From the IMG/VR virus record IMGVR_UViG_3300038465_000091, positions 124,001 through 188,000 of that record: 64,000 nt of DNA; one strand, 5' to 3'. The position numbers were made by a program, and so were the translations under genes. The notes under the pieces are model-generated. The model made no database searches and had not been told where the DNA came from. It was given only the letters and a program-made list of their open reading frames with translations. Positions 24,797-35,800 of this stretch are shown one piece after another (the stretch's first letter is position 1; each line of letters starts with the position of its first letter).

Positions 24797-25160
24797 GTAC
24801 AGGATGGGGCTGGTGCTCCATGATGGCTACTTCTGCTACGGCTGGAAACACGGTTGGATTCCGTGGGCACCCGAGTGGTTTAAGCACGCCGTCGTTCACG
24901 TGTGGAATTCCATCTACTGCATGAGGCAGGGGCACGATACCACGCTGGTTGATCTGTACAAGGCGCTTCTAGCAGAAGGCGAAGACCCCGAACCGCCCAA
25001 CTGCTCTCGTTGTCTCACCGAACTCCCCGTTGACGGAAAGTACGTTACCCCTGTGAAGGAGCCTTGGTGGAAGAAACCGCCGACGAAGGAAGAGATTGCC
25101 GAGTGGAAAGAACTAGCTGAACAGCCCGATCCCCCAGAAGACTTTCCTGATCCCAGTTAA
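24771..25160 (+). CDS. Hypothetical protein
   Basis: In track ORF 24741..25160. Confidence 0.55.
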   Translation: MTMPNWRRKYRMGLVLHDGYFCYGWKHGWIPWAPEWFKHAVVHVWNSIYCMRQGHDTTLVDLYKALLAEGEDPEPPNCSRCLTELPVDGKYVTPVKEPWWKKPPTKEEIAEWKELAEQPDPPEDFPDPS

Positions 25161-25631
25161 CCTCTAACCAAAAATTTCCGATTAGGTCACGAACGGTCAC
25201 GTCTAGAGCCCGAGCGTCCGCCTCTGTCCGCTGCGTACGAGATTCAGGATCGTAACTTCTGGCCGTGGGTGGATGAAAACATTATAGGTGTCAAAGGAAG
25301 GTTCGATATCTTGAATAACCGCCTTGAGGTTCTGGTAGTACGGGTGGTTTTGGCAATAGAGAAGACACTGAGCAATCGGTGAATCGCTGACAGCTACCTC
25401 GACACCATGTCGTTTAAGTCGCAACACCCGCTCATAGGTCTCTCCGACCATGAGAATCTGGTTGTCGAGAAGTTGTGGCGGGACCGTGTTGGGTACGCCG
25501 CCGTAGATGAGGTCGCGGCTCGGTTCGTATAGCAAATCTGCCCTAACCCCCGCTTTTTCAGCCTATACGCCAGATAGTAGCTAAAAGTGGTTTTACCCGC
25601 CCCGTCCGCCGCACAGGTTGAAAAGTACCAT
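25045..25631 (-). pseudogene. NadR/AAA_28-type P-loop kinase broken by three single-base frameshifts
   Basis: MVLFNLCGG | GAGKTTFSYYLAYRLKKRGL | ADLLYEPSRDLIY...VSDSPI...FDTYNVFIHPRP | SYDPESRTQRTEADARALD, with the pieces in successive frames. Confidence 0.7.
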
Positions 25632-25686
25632 TCGCCGATCCCTCTAATTATTGATACTGGATTCTTAAGCAGGGGCACCCACTTTT

Positions 25687-26715
25687 ATGGTCACTTTTAC
25701 CCAAGGAATGACATTAGGGCCGAGCAATCTCAGCATCTTAGTACGGGATGCAACTGGGGCTCTAGTTGACCCCGTTCTCATCAACTATACCATCTTTCAC
25801 GTTACCGACCAACTCCCGTTGAAAATTACGCAGGCGTATGAATGGGATTTGCACCAACCGCAAAATATGACGGGTGGACCTCCGTTGCCGAACGAAGACG
25901 TGCAGTTGGCTGGACCTCCTCAACAGGTTCCTACTCGTGTGTCGCAGGGGGCTTACTATGTAAACCAATTTATTCCGACCACGTGGAAGGGCGTCTACCG
26001 TTTGGTGTGGAACATTCAGATGTACTCTTCTGAATGTCCAGTGGACACCATAGTTGAGGTATTCGTAGTTCAAAGCATCGACCCGCTTAATCCGAGTTTT
26101 GAAGCACCCTCGGTGATCGTCGCCGTTCCAGACTCCATCGCCAATTCAGGGATGACCACTCCCGCCATGTTCGCCAAGGCTGTAATGTACGTTCGTGAGC
26201 TTCTGTCGGATACGAACCCCGACCGTAACTACCATTTCCGCCCACCGACACCGGGCCGCGTGGTCGCTGGGTATAACACTCGCGTAGGCTACATTTGGTT
26301 GGATGCGTCGATCCTGATGCATCTGGATATGAGTATCAGCATGTTGAATCTCTACAACCCAATGAATCTCTACAACTGGACGCTGGACACCATTCCGAGA
26401 GATTGGGGTCGCATTGCCGCACTCGGAGCAGCCGCGTTTTGCCTTAAGCAGGAAGGCAATCGCTGGGCAGCCGATCAATTCAGCTATTCGTTGAATGGTG
26501 TGAGCTTGGACATCAACAAGGCCGACTTGTATAGTGGCTTGGGCGAAACGTACATGCAGCAATTTAATACCATGGCACCGCTTGTGACGGCAAATCGTCC
26601 GATGAGTGTGGGATTAAGACAACAAAGATGGCTTTTGGGAGCTTTAATCCCTTTCCCGTTTATTTGGCCGCAACTTGTTCAGATGTTTCACATTATTCAT
26701 CATTTGGTGCGATAA
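25687..26715 (+). CDS. Virion structural protein, possibly head-tail adaptor/neck
   Basis: First gene of the structural block; helical C-terminal domain ending ADQFSYSLNGVSLDINK, as in connector proteins; position-based call. Confidence 0.5.
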   Translation: MVTFTQGMTLGPSNLSILVRDATGALVDPVLINYTIFHVTDQLPLKITQAYEWDLHQPQNMTGGPPLPNEDVQLAGPPQQVPTRVSQGAYYVNQFIPTTWKGVYRLVWNIQMYSSECPVDTIVEVFVVQSIDPLNPSFEAPSVIVAVPDSIANSGMTTPAMFAKAVMYVRELLSDTNPDRNYHFRPPTPGRVVAGYNTRVGYIWLDASILMHLDMSISMLNLYNPMNLYNWTLDTIPRDWGRIAALGAAAFCLKQEGNRWAADQFSYSLNGVSLDINKADLYSGLGETYMQQFNTMAPLVTANRPMSVGLRQQRWLLGALIPFPFIWPQLVQMFHIIHHLVR

Positions 26716-26766
26716 CTTAGCGGCTTACATTTTCCGACTTCTTCAGTATTAGATAGAGAGGTCGAA

Positions 26767-27495
26767 ATGTTCATCTACCTAATCGTCAACCACATCACAG
26801 GCAAATATTACGTCGGACAGCACAAGGGTGATGACCTACAGCATTACCTTCAACAGAAATTTTATGAGGCGGAACGCCACTTAAAAGGCCGATCTTACCT
26901 TTATCATTCCATCCGCAAGCATGGGCGAGAGGCTTTCACTATCCACGCCCTCCTATCCGACATTCAAACTCGACCCGAGCTTGACGCCTATGAACGAGAC
27001 TTCATCGCCTTCCTCAGAAGTCAGGACTCAGAATATGGCTACAATATTTGCCGTGGTGGTGAAGGATTTACTGGACCGCACACAGAAGAGACAAAAAGGA
27101 AGAACACTGAAAACTCCTTAGCAACGTGGCAGGACCCAGTAATCCGAGCGCGAAGGGTGAAGAACCAAAAACAAGTGCGTGACGCTCGTGGCGGCTCTTT
27201 TCTTACAGCGGAATCGGTCACGAAAATCAAAGCCGCCCGTGCTGTTCAAGACGAAACTCCACGAATTGCGGGCTGTCAAAAGTACGCAGAGGAACACAAA
27301 GAGGAAATGTCCACACGCCTGTCCCACGAAGCCCACGTGCTGGGCGGCAAGGCTGGATCACGTGAAGCCAAACAACGAGCCGCTAGAATTAGTGTGCAGA
27401 ATGGCAGCTACGCTAAGGCTCAACATCAGCGTTGGCACGTCAACCGTGGGCGAACGAACTCATTCTGCGCGTTTTGCCGCCCGTCAGCCGACTAG
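26767..27495 (+). mobile_element. Free-standing GIY-YIG homing endonuclease
   Basis: MFIYLIVN..TGKYYVGQ, YLY.SIRK.G.E.F, E..FI.......GYNI..GGEG, NUMOD3-like HTEETK. Confidence 0.9.
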
Positions 27496-27622
27496 CGATT
27501 TATTACTTAGGGAAGGAAGGTATGAAACCCATTTGGTTCAAAAAAGAATGGATATGCCCAAAGTGCCGAGTCAAGGCTATATGGATTCACAATCATTGGG
27601 TGTGTGATTGTAAGGGACAAAC

Positions 27623-28960
27623 ATGGTAACTAATCTGTTGGTGATGAATTCGAGCTACGTCGGCAGCCGTGACCTCTGGTGGGTTGAGGACCCAGAAGCA
27701 AAGAAAGGTTACAATGTCTACCGAGCTTTTGACCATCCAAGCAACTGGCATAAAATCAACCCCTATCCATGGGTGGGGCACTTCTATCGAGATCAGTCGG
27801 CTCTCGAAGATGTTCTTTACACCGTAGAAGATAAAGACTGGCTCGAACGCGGTAACGGTCTTGGTCGCTGGGGCTTCCGCATTCCAGACTTCCCGTACTC
27901 CGATGTGGTGCAGGGCCGCCCCGTGCTGGCGAACAGCCCATACGGTGTTAACGGCTCCATCATCGTCACCGTCATTTTAGACGGACAACCTTTCTTACCC
28001 ATCAAGGTCTCGGGGCTCGACAAGAGCATCTGGCTGCAAATGGACAACACTGTGCCTCTGGGCGGTGCCGTGAGTGCCTACCCCATAAAATCAAACGGAA
28101 CGGTGTGGCAAGCCGACTATTCCGGCGTGCAGAAATTCCAAGTCCAGTACAAGAAGCTCCACAACTTTGTCGAGATTTACGAGTCGATGGTCAGAACCTT
28201 CTATACGGTCGTGCCCGTGGGAACGGATGGTGAACTCCACAAGCCGGGAGCGAAAGACACGATGATCGTCAACACGATGGAGGTTGATAAGATCACATGG
28301 GAATATCAGGAGATGATCCGCCGCAACCAGTGGATTTTTGAGGAAGTGGGCGAGCCCGCGTACCTGATGTTCAAGAAGACTCGCGGGAAACTTTGCGGTT
28401 GCTCCGATACGGGGCTGGGCCAAGCTCGCAGTACATGTCCCTCCTGCTTTGGCGTTGGTATCGTGGGCGGCTATTACGGTCCATACGATTTCATTTTTGT
28501 TGACCCCGACACTGCCTTGAGCGTGGAACTTAACGAAGGCGGCAGGAAAGTGACTCGTGGTTCTCAAAGTTACCTCGGTCCTACGCCCATCATTCAGGCT
28601 GGCGACTTGATTATTCGCCGTAACGCCGAGCGTCTAGTGATAGGGCCAGTGGTCTATAAGCAACCTCGCGGTGTCCTTCTTCAGCAGGATTTCACCGCAA
28701 CCTTGATAGATGAGGGGGATACGCGGTACTTGATCCCGATCAATACAGGCTTGCCTACGATCCACAATCCAGTTGTTCGCCCCAATCCAAACGACGGCGA
28801 GTCGGGACCGTTTGTCGGAGGTAAGGGGCCTTCTGGCGGACCAAATCCCACGGGCAGTGGGGAGCCCATTTTCGATCCCCGCACGGTTCCCGGCAAGGAT
28901 TGGGAGAATCGAAACATACCAATCGGTCGTTCCGTTACTTTTGGCAAAATCCAAACGTAA
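27623..28960 (+). CDS. Virion structural protein (neck/head-closure candidate) with a Zn-binding insert
   Basis: C.C......C..CFG.G..GGY motif; structural context. Confidence 0.5.
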   Translation: MVTNLLVMNSSYVGSRDLWWVEDPEAKKGYNVYRAFDHPSNWHKINPYPWVGHFYRDQSALEDVLYTVEDKDWLERGNGLGRWGFRIPDFPYSDVVQGRPVLANSPYGVNGSIIVTVILDGQPFLPIKVSGLDKSIWLQMDNTVPLGGAVSAYPIKSNGTVWQADYSGVQKFQVQYKKLHNFVEIYESMVRTFYTVVPVGTDGELHKPGAKDTMIVNTMEVDKITWEYQEMIRRNQWIFEEVGEPAYLMFKKTRGKLCGCSDTGLGQARSTCPSCFGVGIVGGYYGPYDFIFVDPDTALSVELNEGGRKVTRGSQSYLGPTPIIQAGDLIIRRNAERLVIGPVVYKQPRGVLLQQDFTATLIDEGDTRYLIPINTGLPTIHNPVVRPNPNDGESGPFVGGKGPSGGPNPTGSGEPIFDPRTVPGKDWENRNIPIGRSVTFGKIQT

Positions 28961-28991
28961 ACCAACTTTCGGAGACCTATTTAGAGGACGT

Positions 28992-29861
28992 ATGCGCGTA
29001 GTCCAAGACGATTTATGGCTGTGTAGCGACTGCCTTTTTGCGGCGGTCAACGACGATTATAGCGGATTGGACTATTACTACAGTCCTGAAGACGCTGAAA
29101 AAAGAATGCAGGAAATTCAGGCTGGGTTGCAGGAGTTAGGACCGAATCTCGTCTACAACGCCGATTCCGAGACGGGGGAAGGCGTAGATGAATTTTCTTC
29201 TCGCCGATGCGATTGCTGCGGATCGAATTTGGCTGGGAGTAGGGAAAGATTTGCTATTCTCGGCCCCGACGAAGACTTTGAGGTAGGCGAGCAAGAAGCT
29301 CCCGTACCGACTCACACCGAACCAAAGGCAGGTAACACTATGGATGCACAGACACTAGCAAGCGCGGTCAGCAAGACCGCTCGTATTCTGACTGAAGAAG
29401 ACCTGCCAAACGGGAATCCCGAACTTCAGAAGATGGTCGGCGATCCCGACGACTTCCGCACTTCCACTTTTGCCCAGTTCGCTCCGAATCCGGGCAACCT
29501 CCTCCTACCCAATCCCCTATCGCCAGTTGAAGGCGACGAGGTTTTCTTCGCCTACATGATGCCGGGCGCGATCTTCCAAGCGCACGATGGCAGCCAATGG
29601 TGGATTCTGGGCTACGACTACCGTGGTCAGGTTGAGATCGAGAATCGCTGGTATCCGCGTATTCATGCTCAGGTGAGCGTTTATGACGTTCGTCGTTCCA
29701 TCGACCAGTGGGTCGAGCCTATTCAGCAGACGGTTCCACCGCCTCCTCCGGGCGTCAACTACGACGCACAGCCAGTTGTCATTGTCGATAACGAGGACTT
29801 CGGTGCCGTGGACGATCTGGCTACAGGCCATCCGAATCGTGGCGGCTCGGGCGGTTGGTAA
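28992..29861 (+). CDS. Two-domain protein: Cys-rich accessory-like N-terminus plus a virion-associated C-terminus
   Basis: GAGGA RBS, ATG 28992; CSDC...CDCCGSNLAG.R N-terminus, KTAR linker, Pro-rich C-terminus. Confidence 0.6.
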   Translation: MRVVQDDLWLCSDCLFAAVNDDYSGLDYYYSPEDAEKRMQEIQAGLQELGPNLVYNADSETGEGVDEFSSRRCDCCGSNLAGSRERFAILGPDEDFEVGEQEAPVPTHTEPKAGNTMDAQTLASAVSKTARILTEEDLPNGNPELQKMVGDPDDFRTSTFAQFAPNPGNLLLPNPLSPVEGDEVFFAYMMPGAIFQAHDGSQWWILGYDYRGQVEIENRWYPRIHAQVSVYDVRRSIDQWVEPIQQTVPPPPPGVNYDAQPVVIVDNEDFGAVDDLATGHPNRGGSGGW

Positions 29862-29894
29862 AACGGACTTTCTGTTGCAATAACAGAGGGTCAG

Positions 29895-30617
29895 ATGGTC
29901 GTATATCGCAGAACCAATACGAAAAACGGTAAGGTCTACATTGGAAAGACTACGCGAACCGCAGAAGAGCGGTGGATTGACCTACTCGCCGAAGTAAAGC
30001 GAGGAAGCACCAACCCTGTCCATAATGCTATCCGCAAGTACGGCTCCGAGGTTTTTACGACCGAGATTCTGCACGTCGCGAAAACCTTCGAAGAACTGAA
30101 TGCGATGGAAACCTTCTTCATCATTCTGCACCAATCTCACAAACCTGAAAACGGTTATAACCTAACTTTAGGTGGCGATGGTGCGGCACCGGGGGAATTG
30201 AATCCTATGTGGGGGAAGACGCACACGGATGAAGTGAAGGCTGTGCTGCGAGCACTTCGGTTAGGCACTATCAATAGCCCTGAGTCGAACGAAAAACGTC
30301 GTCAATCCGAATCAGGTGAGAAAAATCCCGCTTATGGGAAAGTCTACATGAACGACAGGGCGGTAGAGGGTCGTAGAAAAGGCGGGTTTTCTCACCTCGG
30401 CAAGAAACGTAGTGCCGCGACTCGGGCAAAAATGAGTCAGTCAGCGAAAGGTAAAAAGTTTAGTACGGAACACTGCTTACATATCAGTCAGGCGAAGTTC
30501 GGTCAGGGCCTCGGTCGAAAGCACACGCCTGAAGCAATTGAGTGTATGCGTGAAATTAAGCGCCAATGGTGGGCGCATCGAAAAGGGGGTATGGACTTAA
30601 GTCCTTTGTTATCATAG
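29895..30617 (+). mobile_element. Free-standing GIY-YIG homing endonuclease with NUMOD3 repeats
   Basis: VVYR.TN.KNGKVYIGKT, AIRKYG, NGYNLTLGGDG, NPMWGKTHTDE. Confidence 0.9.
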
Positions 30618-32392
30618 ATTTAACGGGGGCCAATTTAGTTGCGTATCTGCAACGACTCATCCGTCCAATTGTTGAGAAGAACCCGAGGTTTCGCAATGCT
30701 CTGGGCAACGTGACTTTCCCCGCCAATAGCAATCCAACCACAGCCTTGCGTTGGAAAGACCTCCAAGTAATCGTCAAGAATGTTAGCGGGAGTGGCAATC
30801 GTTTATCCCCAGATTATTATATGTGTACCCAGCGCGGTCGAGCCATCCTTTGTAAGGTAGCCGACAAGGAAGGTCTTTTTGTCGAATGGACAAAAGAGAT
30901 TGACCCCACCCAAACAACTCCCGATGCGGGCGTCTACTACATGAACATTGACTACGTAAGCGAGGAGACACGCGACGTTGGTCTGACGGTTCAAAAGTAC
31001 AAGTGGGTCGAAGGTAAGGGTCAAGCTGGAGGCGCGGTCGGCTCCGTTGTCACATTTCGTCCTAACATCATTGACCCGAGTACGGGTAAACCCGTAGACC
31101 TGAACACGCTGATAGCGACAGACCCATCAGTGGGCACTCCCGTGGTCTTTAACGCCATGAACTCATCGTTTGGCGGTACGATGAGCCTCGTCACCCCGTG
31201 TGCTAAACTTTGGCTCACTTTTTCGAATGGCACCGCACTCGTTCCCAACACCGATTATTGGTATGAGCGGTCAGTCACCGAACTGATTTGCCAATCCACT
31301 GTTGGCGGGGCAGAGGTTCTTGGTATCTCGGGTGCGTATGTGACTGCTACTTTCACCGACCAGAATGGTTACCAGCTTCGCCCAGAAATCGATTATCGTT
31401 TTTATGGCAGTCCCCAGTTTATCCAGCTTTCCACTCAGTCGCCGCCGGGGAGCACCATCACAGTAAACATGTTAGCGAAACTCAATCCGTACACGACATC
31501 GCCGACCAACCCAGAGAACGTCATCAACATCGGGATGTTGCCGAGCCAGAGTTTGGCAACGAATCAAGTATTCATCCACACAACGTCGGGCGACTACACC
31601 AACCCTACCGTGAACTCCGATGGTACGATCACGCTCCCAGTCCTACTTCAGCCCGGGGAGTGGTATCGATACGACATTCGCATCAACGCAGGCCAATTCA
31701 AAGCTATCGCCAAGAAGTGGGAAATCAACAGTTTAGTGATCGTTGACCCCGCCACGATTGAATGGGCGAAGCCCGATCCGAATCAACAAGGCAAATGGGA
31801 GCCCGTATCCGCAGCTTGGGTAGCGTCCGCTGATCCGAGCCAACTGGTGGGGGTCGTTCAGACCTCGGCTGGTAAGCCGCTGCTAGACCAGAGCGGTAAT
31901 CGGAGCTATGTTTTTCCCGGATTGTGGTTGGCATTTGGTGACATAGTTGTCGTCGGCGATCAGGCGGCAATCATAATAAGTCCCTCACTTACAGAGACTT
32001 ACCAAGTATACGGCTCGAAAGAGAACCTGACTTTCACGTTGGAAATCAAGTCCAATGATCTCCAGACCTCCTCCGATCTGACCGAGATGATTAAGCAACA
32101 CCTCCTCATCACAAGTCGCAAGAACGTGGAGGCAGACGGATTGACGATTTTCGAGATGACTCACGATTTTATAGGTGAGTCTCGTGACCCATCGGGCACG
32201 GCGTCGAACTACATTTTCAACGTGACTGTGACAGCTTCCGCAGACTGGAAGCTGTACAAGCCACTAGTGACGCGGCTGGTCAGTTTCGAAATTACCAATA
32301 GACCTGTGACAGGCAACTTCGCGGGAAACCTTCAAGCTACATCAAGAATGGCGGTATACGGCACGACGATGTTTATTCCAGCGTACAGCTAG
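30566..32392 (+). CDS. Virion structural protein, possibly tail terminator/completion; start uncertain
   Basis: 608 aa, beta-rich, upstream of the sheath; C-terminal LTFTLEIKSND...DLTEMIKQHL resembles tail-terminator folds. Confidence 0.45.
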   Translation: MVGASKRGYGLKSFVIIDLTGANLVAYLQRLIRPIVEKNPRFRNALGNVTFPANSNPTTALRWKDLQVIVKNVSGSGNRLSPDYYMCTQRGRAILCKVADKEGLFVEWTKEIDPTQTTPDAGVYYMNIDYVSEETRDVGLTVQKYKWVEGKGQAGGAVGSVVTFRPNIIDPSTGKPVDLNTLIATDPSVGTPVVFNAMNSSFGGTMSLVTPCAKLWLTFSNGTALVPNTDYWYERSVTELICQSTVGGAEVLGISGAYVTATFTDQNGYQLRPEIDYRFYGSPQFIQLSTQSPPGSTITVNMLAKLNPYTTSPTNPENVINIGMLPSQSLATNQVFIHTTSGDYTNPTVNSDGTITLPVLLQPGEWYRYDIRINAGQFKAIAKKWEINSLVIVDPATIEWAKPDPNQQGKWEPVSAAWVASADPSQLVGVVQTSAGKPLLDQSGNRSYVFPGLWLAFGDIVVVGDQAAIIISPSLTETYQVYGSKENLTFTLEIKSNDLQTSSDLTEMIKQHLLITSRKNVEADGLTIFEMTHDFIGESRDPSGTASNYIFNVTVTASADWKLYKPLVTRLVSFEITNRPVTGNFAGNLQATSRMAVYGTTMFIPAYS

Positions 32393-32462
32393 TTGCGGAT
32401 AACGGTGAATGACATTTAGGACTTTAGAAGCCACAATCAGAGACGTTTTCTGGGGGTTTTCA

Positions 32463-32801
32463 ATGACTTATGAATTCAAATGCCATGACTGTAACCTTGT
32501 TCTGGAGCATCTTTGCCCGATAGGGGAGCAGCCGAGCTACAAGAAATGTCCGAAGTGTGGCAAGCGGTGCGAGCAAACAATTTTCGCGCCAGCGGTTCAA
32601 ACTGGCGGAATGAGCAACTCTTCTCTGGATGTCGCAATTGGGCGTGATGCCGAGAAACGGTGGGATCGCATCCACAAGCGACAAGAAGTTCGCGACAAGG
32701 TTCGCAAGGAAAGCGGTAAACCCGCACTGACGAAAGTTGGACAGGACGAGTACAAAGCTCACAATAGGCCACTCGATTTTGTTCCGACAAATGGAAAGTA
32801 A
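32463..32801 (+). CDS. FmdB-family zinc-ribbon protein
   Basis: MTYEFKC.DC....E........CPKCG pattern. Confidence 0.75.
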   Translation: MTYEFKCHDCNLVLEHLCPIGEQPSYKKCPKCGKRCEQTIFAPAVQTGGMSNSSLDVAIGRDAEKRWDRIHKRQEVRDKVRKESGKPALTKVGQDEYKAHNRPLDFVPTNGK

Positions 32802-32879
32802 GGGCTGAAAATCTTAGATTTACGAGAGAAATCGACTTCCAGTTTCCTAGATTGAAGTCAATTTTAAGAGGGAAAACCC

Positions 32880-35800
32880 ATGGCACTGTTCACATCCTAC
32901 GCACCACCGGGCGTCTACACGCAAGTAATTCTGCAAACCAACTCGGCCCCCACGCTGGGGACTGCCCGTATTCCCGTAATCATCGGTGAAGGTCAACAGT
33001 TTTTCAGTAACAACAACGTTGAGTTGTTCCGTGGTTCCTCCTCAGTTCAGGATGACCAGTCGGTCAGTGAAAACATCTCGAACCAAGTCACAGGGTTGAC
33101 TCGCACTTTCAACACGAGCTTCTATCCAGTCACAGACGGTACTGGCAAGGGCGTGATCTCAAACAACCCCACTGACGTTCAAGTCGAATCGATTGACCAG
33201 AGTGGCAACGTTGTTCCCGTAACAGTGATCTCACTGAACGGTGCAACGGGCGTATTCACAACGCAACTCATCATCCCCACGGGCTTCGAGCTTCTCATCA
33301 CCTACTTCTTCAAGCGCGGTGACACGTTCATCGGCATCGGTGGTGTGACTCCGTACAACGTCCCAGAAAACCTTCTGTCACAGATTCCGAGCACGGCATC
33401 CCTGACAGTGGACGACAGCGGCGGCTCACCTCCGGGAACTCAGTCGGTTGTGTTGGGTCTCTCGACTCCCGGTCAGACGGGTAATCTCGTCACCCTCCAG
33501 TTCGTTGCAGGTGCAGCGGTTCCAGATGCTCAGGCGGTTGGCGGTGCAGGCACAGACGCCATCTCGATCAACATCACAGGTCCGAGCGCAACACGTACCC
33601 TCGCTGATCTCGTCAGCCTCGTCAACGCTGGTATTCCAACGCTCGACGGCGGATACCTGACGGTCACAACGACCACGGGCGCACTCAATGCTCCCCTGAC
33701 GGTAAGCTCTGGTGCACAGCCTTTCACGGGCGGCAGCGGCGGCAACAGTAACACGGTATTCAAAGTCGCCCACACCCCAATCGTAGACGGCACCAACGGT
33801 GGTGTGGTCACGACTGACGTGACGAAGGTGATCGTTCAGGTGAACGGCAACCCAGTCACAGTCGCATCGTTGAACGGTGCGGCAGGAACCTTCACGTTGG
33901 CTTCGCCTGTTTCCGCGCCAGTCGCGTTGGGCGGAACTACAACGTCCTTCACGATTCAATACTACTTCAACTCGTGGCAGAATACGTATGACTTGCTTCC
34001 CGGTCAGAACATTGCTTCGATCACTCAGGTCGGTCTCGGCCCTAATCGTGCAGACTTTGTTCAAGGAACGGATTACGTCCTCGGCAGCATCACTGCTCCC
34101 GATGGTTCCACAGTCCAGACCATCAATTGGGGTGCTTCGGTATCCTCAGCAATCGGACAGTCGGCTGCTGGTGAACTCGCCAACTTCACTCCCGCTGAAG
34201 TCACTACCGCACTAAGGGACGACCAAGTTTACCTCCAACCACTGACTGGCGCTGTAAATGGCAAGAACGTGGTCTTCTCGCTCCCAGATGTGCCGACTGA
34301 CGGAAGCGGTCTCTCTATTGCGACCGATAACCCCGCATTGGTTCAGGTCTACGTCGGCTCCGATCCTCTGGAAGCTTTCCTCAACGGCGCTGTACGTGTG
34401 GCTCAACTCTCTGGTGCAAACCAGCTTGTGACCCTGTACAACCCGCCAGCGTCGGGCAGCCTCGTGTACGCCTCGTACTATCGCAGCCAGTTGGCTGACC
34501 ATCAGTACAGCATCACGGTCGTCAACCCGGGCTACGCAGGCAACGGCACATTCATCATCACCGATGAGCTTGGCCGCGTTGCCCCCCTCGTGGAATTCAA
34601 CTTGGCTGCCAGCACCGTTGCTCAGAACGGGCCGTTCCAAGACACGGGTGTTGTTTACCCGAATGACTTCTCCGATGCACAGGCTCAGGCAGGCGCAGCG
34701 GTTGACGAAACAGTCACACTGACCTTCAACAACGACGGCAACACCACTATCGTCCTCGCCATCCAAGCAAGGCTGGCATTGACGTTCGGCGCTGGTACGC
34801 TGACGTTCCATGCGACGACTCCGGGCATCGGCGGCAACCTTGTCCAAATCGTGATTGACGCTACGGATTTGAACGCCGACCCAGTATCGATCAATGGTGA
34901 CATCGTTACCATCTACTCAAGCTGGGCAGGAACGGCATTGTCCCTCGCTCAGATCGCAGCCTTGTTCCCATCTGGCGAAACGATTGATGGTGGGCAGATT
35001 CTCTGCACCGCGTCGGGTACGACTTCAGGCAACGCCGCGACAACGGGTGCCACGAACCTGTCTGGTGGTGCAAACGCAATTACCACCCCCGTCACGCACA
35101 GCTATACGGTCTCTTCGACCAACTCGAAGGGTTCGGGCTCGCTGAACAACATCGGCTACCTTGACCAGACTTACGAGGACCTTGCAACTGGGTTCCGTGT
35201 GACGATTGTCAATCCCACCGACCACGCGGACTACGGTGTGCCGAACATTCCATCGGCTTACAACTTCGAACCCGGCGACAAACTCATCTTCAACGTGTAC
35301 GCCGATGCAACGGGTGCCAACGCAGCCGTCCGCAATGCGGGCACGCCGGGTATCGCTCCCGCACAGGCGAACAACCTGATCGCAATTCAAGGTCTCGACA
35401 CCACGGTCATCTCGAACTTCGGTTCGACCGCTGGCGACTCCGTGATTGTCAGCACATTCAACAAGTCGGGCAACAACCCCAACATCGGCGAGTTCTACTA
35501 TGTGTCGTTCACAACCGCAAAACAGGCGGCTGATTACGCGATCCATCTTTACACCGATCCAAAGGTTGCTTACGCGAACTATGGTCAGCCGAGCACAGTC
35601 AACCGCGTCTCTCTCGCCATCCAGTTGATGGCCGCTAACGGCGTGCAGACCTTCGGCGTCATCCAAGTCCCAGTGGTCCCGGGCACCAATCAGGGAACCT
35701 CGCAAGACTTCATGAACGCAATCCAAACTCTCACCATAGCCCTGCCCGGTTACACTACAAAGGCAAACATCATTTGCCCTCTGAGCACCGATCCTACAGT

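Noticed and set aside
26635-26715. C-terminal extension ALIPFPFIW... of 25687..26715 as a read-through or recoding signal
   Set aside because: There is no internal stop. It may be a lost stop next to the endonuclease insertion or an indel error, and it cannot be judged without orthologs.
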